From the NCBI RefSeq assembly GCF_006345805.1, contig NC_042997.1, positions 206,584,001 to 206,648,000 of the forward strand: a stretch of 64,000 nt of DNA, given 5' to 3'. Position numbers and translations under genes: made by a program. The DNA comes from Octopus sinensis. Lineage: Eukaryota. How positions within the stretch are numbered: the first letter of the stretch is position 1; every line of letters begins with the position of its first letter. Below, in pieces: positions 49,700 to 60,239 of the stretch. Below the pieces are notes generated by a model that ran no database searches, was not told the origin of the DNA, and saw only the letters and a list, made by a program, of their open reading frames with translations.

Positions 49700-52600
49700 C
49701 TGGTGCTGCCTGCAGTATTTTGCCAGTTAAATTTACCAAAAATATAACTCCTCTTTCTGCAGTCACCCTGCAAGCTGTGAGCCACTGGCCTATACAGACA
49801 TATGGTCAAATCTCTCTTTCCTTGGATTTGGCCATGCGAAAAGATTTTCAATGAATTTTCATCATCACCGACCTGCCTTACCCTATTCTCAGTGCAGATT
49901 TTCTCCATCACTACTTCCTTCTTGTTGATGTAAGCAGTGACAGTACTACAGATCTTGCTATTTTAGGACAAAAGTTGAGTACTCTGTTGGCTAGTCTGGT
50001 ATTCTTTATGACAGCAACTGGAAACCCAGATCGATCAATTTTGGACTCTTTTCCAGAGCTCACCAACTTGGATTTTCTAGTGAGTGTAGCTGCTCTCACT
50101 ACAAAACATTATAGTGCAGCTCAGAATTATTTACACTTTCGCAAGCCAATGGGCCTTCTCAAGGGATCCAGATTTTAGACATCTCAATGCTATCGCTATT
50201 CCTGAGAGTTATCCAATTCTTTATCTCCAAGAGTTTGCTTCCTCATTGTTTGGATGTACTTTATTTTCCAAGCTTGATCTCATGAGAGCTTATCACCAAA
50301 TTCCTGTTCACCCAGAGGACATTCCAAAGACCACAATAACAACCCCACTGAGGACCTTCTTTTTCCTACTTTCCTTTGCCAGTTGTGCCTTTTCCTTGGC
50401 TTGCTGAACTTTTATTGCCACTCCATTCCTCACTGCATTGGTCTCCTGTCTCCATTTACTGAGCTTTTAAGGAACTGTCGTAAGAAGTATGAAGTCATTG
50501 TATTGACTCCAGCCCAGAAGGAAGCTTTTGATGCTGTGAAACATGAACTTGCTAAAGCATCTCTCCTCATGCATTCTATCTCTGATGCAAAGCTTTTGCT
50601 TGTGATTGATGCCTTGGACACAACAATTGGTGTGATGTTACAACAGTTTCACCAACAACACCTACAATCACTTGCATTTTTCTCTCAGCAGCTAAAACCT
50701 GCTGAGACGTGTTGCAGTACCTTTGGTCACAAATTGTTGGTGATCTACTTTTCAGTGAAGTATTTCTAGCACATCCTTGAAGGGAGGAACTTTACCATCC
50801 AAAGTGATCATAAGCCCCTTACCCTTGCCTTGTGGTCCAAACCTGAGAATATTCACCAAGGGAGACTAGACACTTGGACTTTGTATCACAATTTACCAGT
50901 GATCTCCAGCACATCTAAGGAGCTCAAAACACTGCCAGTGAATTCTTTATCATCAACTCTGGAAATTGACCTGACTGTTTTGTCCTCTGACCAACCTCCT
51001 CCTCTCAACTTACTTGACACTTCTTCTGAGTATGTGACATGCAAATTCAAGTACCTGCCTCTTCCAACTACTGATCAGCTGATCTTGAGTGATGTATTGA
51101 TGGATTCGCCTCATCCTTTCATCCCAATGACCCATCAACGAGCTGTATTTGGAGCTTTGCAGTCTTTCACATCCTGGAGCTTCGGCTTCAGTAAAGCTCA
51201 ACACAGCTAAATTCTTCTGGCCAAATTATGAGATGCGACATTACTGAATGGACCAAACTTGTCTCCAATGCCAGAAGTCGAAGGTGCATGAGGACATCTG
51301 GGCACCACTTGGTACCTTTAGTACACTGATGCATGTTTCTGCCACATTCATATTGATCTTGTAGGACCCTGACCTGACTGGTTCACTCACTGGCCTGAAG
51401 CCATTCCTTTAATTATTATCTCTGCTGAATCTGTAGTGAGAGCCCTGGTATCAGGCTGGATATCACATTATGCTGTCCATACCACTATTATGACAGACCA
51501 TGGTAGACAATTGGAATCTCACCTTTTCTCAGAACTCCCAAAAATCATTGGTGCTCAACAGATCTGGATTACCAGTTATCATTCTGCATCTAATGGAATA
51601 CTAGAGCACTTCCATTGTCAGTTGAAATCTATGTTTCATGCCTACCCTGATACTCAATGCTGGAGTGAGTACCTCCCCATAGTGCTCCTTAGCATTTAGC
51701 CTGTGCTCAAGGAGGATCTCAGATACTCCACAGCTACGCTGCTGTATGGTGCTTCCTTATCTTTACCAGGGTTGATGCACACCCCAGTCAACCTTTCTAT
51801 TCAAGATCCTGCACTCAATGTGAACCACCTTCATTCATATTTTCAGGACTTATCACCAATGAACACTTGACATCAAATTGTAAAACCTGCAATCCTCATG
51901 GACCCACATTTTTGTTAGAAATGATGCCATGAGAAGTCCCACTGAAAAGCATTTCCCTATTGACTATAATGGTTCTAGAGACACTGTCTCTATTGTCAGA
52001 ATGAAGAGGATTTACGCGGATGCTAATACCCCAGAGCCACATACATCCCTCACACACACCTTGCCACAAACATATACACTCCCTACACATACAGTTCCAC
52101 AAACACCTCCCCCACCTTCACCAAGATATGTCACAACAACTTGCAGTGGTTATGTCCATTGGCCTGAAAGACTTGGAGAAAATCTTTATAAATGAACTGG
52201 TCCTGACTGCCTTTAACTGTCTTTTAGCACGCTTACTTGTTGCTTGATATATTAATATTTCTTTTTGTCACTTGTGTGTGCTTTTTTTTTTACATTTGTG
52301 TGAATATTTTGCTTTTTTTGCATTTATTCTTTCTTTATATTATTTGTATCAACTCACAGTCTGAAGTGTTGTGGGGATGTCATGTAGTGTGTCAAAGAAA
52401 CCATATTTAGCTGGAGATGGTTGCACAGTTATAAATATGGTGTTACTTGACCAGAAAGGGATGCTGTTCCAGTCAGTCAAACAACAGCTAGCAGAAGACT
52501 TCGACAAGAATACAGCTATTTTCAGTGGGACTTCAGAAGGGCACTACCTCTGACGGCATTACTTCGACATGAACAGCTGTGTTATTTCACCGACTTAATG

Positions 52601-52890
52601 CCATAAACTTTGGGATTACATAAAGCACACACAGAGAATCCCATTATTCTCTATGGACGGAACTTGCCTGTTTAAACTTCTTACAACCTTTATTGCAGTA
52701 TGCTTCCACCTATGTATGTAGTAGTGAGTCCAATAGGCTTCTTGAATTCTACATAAAACTGTCTACTCCCATTGCTACCCAAATAAATTAAGGTGTTTGT
52801 TATAATATAGCTTTCTGATGTATTTTGTCAATGCCTCACAGATGCAACTCTTTCATTGATTCCCACATTGTGTATTTATTGGTAACACAC
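49700..52890 (+). mobile_element. Ty3/Gypsy LTR retrotransposon remnant (RT-RNaseH-integrase) with probable 3' LTR from ~52383
   Basis: FSKLDLMRAYHQIPVHPEDIPKT.ITTP (RT); FLGLLNFY, DA.DT.IG..LQQ (RNase H); TDHGRQ.ES, TSYH.ASNG..E.FH.QLK (integrase) in Gypsy order. A G-rich PPT-like gtgggga precedes tgtagtg. Confidence 0.8.
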
Positions 52891-52959
52891 TAAAACTGGT
52901 GAAAATTAACTCAAGTTACATTCTTACATAGTTATATTTGGACACAGAAACAACTCTGC

Positions 52960-54230
52960 CACAAATGTTATCGCAGGGTAAGGACAATACTCAAGACAGA
53001 GCTAAACGCAAGAAACACAACCAAAGTGATCAATACTTTAGCCATACCGGTCGTGACTTATAGTTTCAATATCGTTAACTGGTCAATTACTGAAATATGT
53101 AATCTTGACAGAAAATATGAAAACTGTTGACAATGCATAGATTGCACTACCCAAAGGCAGATATAGAATGACTTTATCTGCCAAGAAAAAAAGGATGGCC
53201 ATGGACTTTTACAACTTGAATTAACAATGAAGATTGCTACAATTGGCCTAGACACCTACCTGAAAAATACTGATGACTGGATGTTAAAATTTGTCTTAAA
53301 GCATGGAAATAGGAAAACATCATATTCAGTAACAAAACAGGCAAAGGAATATCTAAGTGAATTCCAAATACAACAAATTCTAAAATTAGATGTACAGGAA
53401 ACAAGCACAGAAAAAGCTAAGTGTATGAAAACCCATGGTAAAACTGCTACCTTAGATATTCTTGCTGATAAATGGCATGAAAAGCCTTTTAATGGCAAAT
53501 ACCCAAAAAGAGCTATAATGTGGATGTTGACAAAGCCCTTACCCATCAATGGTTAGTGTCTTCTAGTTTAAAATCAGAGACAGAAGGTTTTATCATAGAA
53601 GCCCAAGGAGCTACCTACAAGGAGCTACCAGGTCACCATAGTAAAGAACGGCAGTAGCCCAACATGTCGTGTATGGGAGCAACAAAATGAGACCATCAAT
53701 CATGCTGTCTCCATGTGCAGTTTTCATGCGCCTACAGAGTATCTCAACAGGTATGATACGACAGCACAGTATATTCACTGGATAATTTGCAAAAATTTGA
53801 ACCTGCTCCATGATAAAAACTTGTGGGAACACAAACCATCTCCGGTGCTTGAAAATCACCACATCTCACTCCTTTGGAACTTTACTGTTCAAACTGACAG
53901 AAAGATAGATGCAAATAGGCCAGACTTTATATTAAAGGGCTTCAGACGAAAATCTTGCCTCCTCATTTATATGGCTGTCCCAATCAACATAAATCTATCT
54001 CTCAAGACCCTCCAAAAACTGAATAACTATAAAGATCTTGATATAGAAATTGGCAAAATGTGGAACCTCAAGACTAAGCCAATAATTGTTGTCACAGGTG
54101 CCCTAGGATTGAGCACAAAAGGAGCCGATTGCTACTTTGCTCAGATACAAGGAAATCCCAAACTGGAAGAAATTCAAATAATAGTGCTCATACTGCCCAT
54201 ACCCTACATAAAATAGTGTCTATGTAATCC
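52960..54230 (+). mobile_element. R4/Dong-like LINE 3' fragment
   Basis: WHEKPFNGKYP, LKSETEGFII.AQ, LLWNF.VQTDRKIDANRPD.I, VTGALG. Overlaps the sequence at 37645-37785, so it is the same family. Confidence 0.8.
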
Positions 54231-54288
54231 TCAAAACATTTTAATCGGCAAAAAGTCAAAATATTTTTAAATGTACATAATACCAAAA

Positions 54289-55358
54289 GGATCTTTTCTT
54301 TTTGATGGACGGAATTTTCTAGTTAACTAAAAAATTTGAAACTTCGTATACTGGTAGAATGTGTCAAAAGAAAACATTATTGTAAACAAAATTGAAAACA
54401 AAATTGTAATTTGTAACTTTAACGTAGTTTAATTCTTCAAATTTTAACCAATGAAATCCCATCATCTTCGAATTTTAACCAATGAAATCGCAGCATTTGA
54501 GCTCAAATCATTTGCTGCGTTATCGATATTGATAAACAAACATAGCTGACGCATGACACACATGCACACACACACACTCTCTCTCTCTCAAACACATGCA
54601 TATACATTTGCACAAGCACATAGTAATTAATATATAAGCGTACACACACATACAAATGGACATATACATACACACACATACGCACACAAGCATACATACA
54701 TGTTTGTGAGTTGCCCTTGCTGCAACAAATTTGCACAAAAGGTAAATAAACCAGAAGGGGTGGGGGTCAATGTTTCATCGTTTCGGGGTCGATAAATTAA
54801 GTACCAATTACGCACTGGTGTCGAGGATTTTTTTCCCAATTTATATCACAGCTTCCGACAAGCTGGGGCATCCTTTTATGAAAAAATACGACTCACACTC
54901 CACACGCAAACTCTCGACCGCTTTAGACATATTATTGCTTTGTTTTTGTTGTTTCTGGCCCTTCAAAACCATGGGAGAAGCCTTTTCGGTAAAAAAAAAA
55001 TAAAGAAAATATTCAAAAAATATCGTTAATATTTTTATTGGGCGACGAAATTCATCGATTTAAGAGATATAGCTATTATTTCTAGCACATGCAGAAGACA
55101 GAAGAGAGAGAAGGATGAATAAGACGTGTGTGTGTGTGTGTGTGTGTGAGTTTTTAGACGCAGCAAATGATTTCAGCTCAAATGCTAGGATTTCATTGGT
55201 TAAAATTCGAAGAATTAAACTACATTAAAGTTACAAATTACAATTTTGTTTTCAATTTTGTTTACAATAATGTTTTCTTTTGACACATTCTACAAGGATA
55301 CGAAGTTTCAAATTGTTTAGTTAACTAGAAAATTCCGTCCATCAAAAAGAAAAGATCC
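54289..55358. mobile_element. Non-autonomous DNA transposon (MITE-like) with ~170-bp near-perfect TIRs
   Basis: ggatcttttctttttgatggacggaattttctagttaac...aaccaatgaaatcc (54289-~54460) is the reverse complement of ~55188-55358. The interior holds CA repeats and a SINE fragment, with no transposase. Confidence 0.85.
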
Positions 55359-56784
55359 TAACAAACACCTTTTCCCGCCATCTTCATGTCAGACTATCAT
55401 CTTATAATGAAATTACTTTTGAAGCCATCTTTTAATTTACTTATGTTTTCAGGGAGCTGGAGGGGAGGTGGAGGAGCAATAAAGAGAAAAGTGGAGAAAG
55501 AAGGAAAGAAAGAAAGAGAGAGAGAAGGAAAGGTAGAAAGAGAGAAAGAAAACATGTAAACAAAAACCCATGTGTCATGTTACGGCCTTTTAACGCCACA
55601 CCCAAGAAATCAAAATGAAAGCAATAAAATTAAGACTGAAAATGAATCGCAGTAAAAAAAGGTGAGGTAACGTGTAAATATATTTCCGTGATCAACAAAC
55701 ATTACAGAGTAACCTTTTACTAAAGCGGCTTCAATTAATAGAAAACCTGTTGGGAAATCTTGGATAAATAATTCCCACGTTTTCGATGATAACAAATTAT
55801 TCTGATTTCGCTAAAAACCACACGGCATTTCCAACTCTGAATCTGTCCCTCCCAACCCGCATTTATCAATGTATACAGGTTTTGTATATGTGTGTGTATA
55901 TGTATGAAATGTATACTATATCCGTATGTATGTATGTATGTATGTATGGTGTATTACATCAATTAATAAAGAACCGAAAGAAAAAGAAAATCTGTTTATT
56001 CAGAGATTCTCTCAAACCAAATCCAAACAAGTTTCCACATACCTCTTCGGTTGCTTCTCACTACAACTCCTGTTTCAATCCTAGCCCACATTTGCTATAT
56101 TTTCATTCTACTGGGGCGGCGATCATTTGCCAGAAATGCCCCCATCGTCTTAAATATCAACATGAAACTGACGTGTTAGTATCCCTGATAATGAAACAAT
56201 TGTCTTCTTCTAGGGTGTGGCCTATATGAGGAGACTTGGCTGCCATTTCTAGCTTCACGTACGTTAAAACTTTCAACATAATTTTATGGAATCCAGGTAA
56301 CAAAAAAAATTAACAGGAAAACTATGGGAGTTTTATCCAGAGGTGGGGGCGATTGTCCGAGGGGGTTTTGTCCTAGGTGAGGGACATAAATTATTTGTGA
56401 CTTTATTACAGGTCTTCCTTTTATGACCAGGAAAACATGGCATACCTTACACAGGTGCCCCCTCCATCGATTTTGTTTGTTCGTAACTTTCAGAAAAGTT
56501 GATGTTCTTGAATGAAATTTACTAGAAATAGCTTCAAGAGGTTCCAATGATGGGGGAAAATATCGATGGCTTTGCAAACATACATAATGACACACATCAC
56601 ATATACCCACAAAACTTGGAAATACTTACACACACACACATTCTGAAAACGGAGAGGAAACAACAAATCCACGTAGTTATAATGTAAGGAAAAGTATTGA
56701 AATCGATTTTGTGAAATATTTGTAAAGCAATGGAGAGACGGGATTAAAGAAATTAAATTAGGAAGATGTAAAACGAAGACTTAC

Positions 56785-56890
56785 CTCGTAACAACTCTGA
56801 GTAAAACTGAAACTTGAATCTTTATTTAATCGTTTTTAAGCTGTTGATTGGTTTAACAACAACTTTGGATGACATCAATGGTTTTCCCAG
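56785..56890 (-). other. Putative non-coding first exon of the PARP14-like gene (5' boundary uncertain)
   Basis: Strong donor cgag|gtaagt at 56783-56784 in unique, CpG-retaining sequence. Splicing to 38463 puts an in-frame TAA upstream of the ATG at 38446. Candidate TSS signals: TATAAAA (minus, 56916-56922) or Inr-like TCAGTT (minus, 56805-56810). Confidence 0.5.
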
Positions 56891-57111
56891 AAAAAAACGC
56901 TTCCCCTCCGCCCTCTTTTATACAATTTATTTTCCAAGAAAACTTTGTGATAAAAGTTTATTATTATTATTTACAACAGACGACATAAAGGAAACTTTTC
57001 AAAAGAAGAAAAACCTGAAATAGTTTTTTTATAGGAAATGAAGGTGAATGTAGGTTAGAGAAGATTTCACTTTCATTTTTGACACATCCAGAGACTTCAC
57101 TTTCATTTTTG
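56803..57111 (-). promoter_or_regulatory. Putative promoter with clustered IRF/ISRE and STAT(GAS) motifs
   Basis: ISRE-like AGTTTCAGTTTT (minus, 56803-56814); CCAAT (minus, ~56847-56851); GAS TTCCCAGAA (56884-56892) and TTCCAAGAA (56932-56940); GC box CCGCCC (56908-56913); TATAAAA (minus, 56916-56922); TTC-N4-GAA (56998-57007); two IRF-E-like AAAATGAAAGTGAA(A) copies 30 bp apart (57065-57079, 57096-57110). Confidence 0.55.
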
Positions 57112-57792
57112 TCAGTCAACACAGAATTTATCTGGTTTTTTCCAATGTTAGCCATAAGTTGGCGCATTCTTCCACAAACCTTCAGTTGGTGTGTCCAAGT
57201 CCACGCACACATGTATATTAAACCAAGGTTTTACCTTTAAATTATCTGCTACCGTATACCTTATAGCTAGGATTATACGTAGTAAGGTATTGGCACCAGG
57301 AGTGCCAATGGAAACGGCTATCCCTTAGATGGTTGCATAACCACTTATTTATATCTTCATTAACACACACACACACATATATATACCTACACGCACACAC
57401 ACATACATATATATATTTGTATATATATATATATGTGTGTGTATGTATATATATATATATATGTATACTATTACACACACATACATACAAACATACATCC
57501 ATACATATATACATACGTACGTACATACATACATACATACGTACGTACATACAGACATATGAGGGGATTTAGCTTGACCCTGCCTGAGATTTCAAATCAA
57601 ATTCACCGGCTTGTTGCTCGTCAAAACGTGCAGGAAATCCGCCACACTAGATTGGTGAGGAAACACTCCACCCCCTAGGACCTGTGCTGGTCAAGGAAAG
57701 GTCAGTGTTTTGTTTAAGGTTTGACATACATTACAGACCATAGCCAATATAGCACAGGCAATTTTCTATCTCTTCCACTGATGTGTCAGCTA

Positions 57793-59754
57793 TGACCAAG
57801 GAGCAACACCGACTCTTAGATGTCAGCCAGACCAAGGAGCAACACCGGCTCCTTTGAGTCAGCCAGACCAAGGAGCAACACTGACTCTTAGATGTCAGCC
57901 AGACCAAGGAGCAACACCGCCTCCTTTGAGTCAGCCAGACCAAGGAGAAACACCGACTCTTAGATGTCAGCCAGAGCAAGTAGCAACACCGACTCTTAGA
58001 TGTCAGCCAGACCAAGGAGCAACACCAGTTCCTTTGAGTCAACCAGAGCAAGGAGCAAGACCGACTCTTAGATGTCAGCCAGACCAAGGAGCAACACCGG
58101 CTCCTTTGAGTCAGCCATAGCAAGGAGCAACACCAACTCTTAGATGTCAGCCAGACCAAGGAGCAAGACCGACTCTTAGATGTCAGCCAGACCAAGGAGT
58201 AGCACCAACACTTAGATGTCAGCCAGACCAAGGAGCAACACCGGCTCCTTTGAGTCAGCCAGACCAAGGAGCAACACCGACTCTTAGATGTCAGCCAGAC
58301 CAAGGAGTAGTACCAACACTTAGATGTCAGCCAGACCAAGGAGCAACACCGGCTCCTTTGAGTCAGCCAGACCAAGGAGCAACACCGACTCTTAGATGAC
58401 AGCCAGGGCAAGGAGCAACATCGACTCTTAGATGTCAGCCAGACCAAGGAGCAACACCGGCTCCTTTGAGTCAGCCAGACCAAGGAGCAACACCGGATCC
58501 TTTGAGTCAGCAAGACCAAGGAGCAACACCGACTCTTAGATGTCAGCCAGATCAAGGAGCAACACCAGCTCGTTTGAGTCAGCCAGACCAAGGAGCAACA
58601 CCGACTCTTAGGTGTCAGCCAGACCAAGGAGCAACACCGACTGTTAGATATCAGCCAGACCAAGGAGCAACACCGGCTCCTTTGAGTCAGCCAGATCAAG
58701 AAGCAACACCGACTCTTAGATGGCAGCCAGACCAAAGTGCAACACCAGCTCCTTTGAGTCAGCCAGACCAAGGAGCAACACCGACTCTTAGATATCAGCC
58801 AGACCAAGGAGCAACACCGGCTCCTTTGAGTCAGCCAGATCAAGGAGCAACACAGACTCTTAGATGTCAGCCAGACCAAGAAGCAACACCGGCTCATTTG
58901 AGTCAGCCAGACCAAGGAGCAACACCGGCTCCTTTGAGTCAGCCAGACCAAGGAGCAACACCGACTCTTAGATGTCAGCCAGACCAAGGAGCAACACCGA
59001 CTCTTAGATGTAAGCCAGACCAAGGAGCAACACCGGCTCCTTTGAGTCAGCCAGATCAAAGAGCAACACCGACTCTTAGATGGCAGCCAGACCAAGGAGC
59101 AACACCGGCTCCTTTGAGTCAGCCAGACCAAAGAGCAAGACCAGCTCCTTTGAGTCAGCCAGACCAAGGAGCAACACAGACTCTTAGATTTCAGCCAGAC
59201 CAAGAAGCAACACCGACTCCTTTGAGTCAGCCAGACCAAGGAGCAACACCGACTCTTAGATGTCAGCCAGACCAAGGAGCAACACCGACTCTTAGATGTA
59301 AGCCAGACCAAGGAGCAACACCGGCTCCTTTGAGTCAGCCAGATCAAAGAGCAACACCGACACTTAGATGGCAGCCAGACCAAGGAGCAACACCGGCTCC
59401 TTTGAGTCAGCCAGACCAAAGAGCAACACCAGCTCCTTTGAGTCAGCCAGACCAAGGAGCAACACAGACTCTTAGATTTCAGCCAGACCAAGAAGCAACA
59501 CCGACTCCTTTGAGTCAGCCAGACCAAGGAGCAACACCGACTCTTAGATGACAGCCAGGGCAAGGAGCAACACCGACTCTTAGATGTCAGCCAGACCAAG
59601 GAGCAACACCGGCTCCTTTGAGTCAGCCAGACCAAGGAGCAACACCGACTCCTTTGAGTCAGCCAGACCAAGGATCAACACCGACTCTTAGATGTCAGCC
59701 AGACCAAGGAGCAACACCAACTCTTAGATGTCAGCCAGACCAAGGAGCAACACC
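57793..59754. repeat. 36-bp two-variant minisatellite, about 54 copies
   Basis: Units tcagccagaccaaggagcaacacc-gactcttagatg (A) and tcagccagaccaaggagcaacacc-ggctcctttgag (B) are interspersed with no indels. Confidence 0.97.
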
Positions 59755-60239
59755 CACATTTGCGTCGGCCTTAACCAAGAGCAGCACTTCCCTTCACTCG
59801 ACATGCGAAGAGAGCCTTTTGGCTGCAAGAAAGGTGATGCCGCCTTTATCCTTTCTTCCTTTCTAGTCAGCACCATGACTACCTTACTCTTTCCCTCTCT
59901 ACTAACAGACAACCTTTTTCTATAGAGCAACTGCTAACCAGCGTGTCATCCTTGTCGCCACTGTCACTAGAATTGCTACTGTCTCTGTAACAACCTGTCG
60001 GGTAAACGAATAAATATATGTAAACAACATTTCTTCCTTCTTGGAGTTAATTCTTCAAAGTTCACTGGTTACTCCAACAGAGAACCTTCAAGCGTTACAT
60101 CTACACGCTACATTTAGTAGTGCGCTACATCATATCGAATTGATATGGCACACCACATCCAGCCCACTACACATACAAACATATATACATCTATGCATGC
60201 ATGCATACATACATACATACATAATGGCTGCCCCTCATT

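Noticed and set aside
37645-53110. R4-like fragments at 36880-37785 and 52960-54230 as one element split by a 15-kb insertion
   Set aside because: They overlap by ~140 bp with clear divergence and a host exon (38266-38463) lies between them, so independent copies are simpler.
56820-56875. 17-codon uORF (MSSKVVVKPINSLKTIK) in the putative first exon
   Set aside because: It only matters if the TSS lies upstream of ~56875. The TSS cannot be fixed from sequence, and the segment overlaps CCAAT/CRE-like promoter motifs.
57731-59671. 646-aa Cys/Trp-rich ORF (RCCSLVWLTQRS repeats) and the opposite-strand QPDQGATP ORF as real proteins
   Set aside because: A 36-bp unit keeps frames open automatically. 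The minus ORF begins at TTG right after an in-array TGA, the plus frame has stops at ~58118, ~58407 and ~59549, and I see no splice context or signal peptide.
57793-59754. CRISPR-like array (constant 24-bp part plus 12-bp variable part)
   Set aside because: The variable part has only two recurring types rather than unique spacers, there are no cas genes, and the context is eukaryotic.
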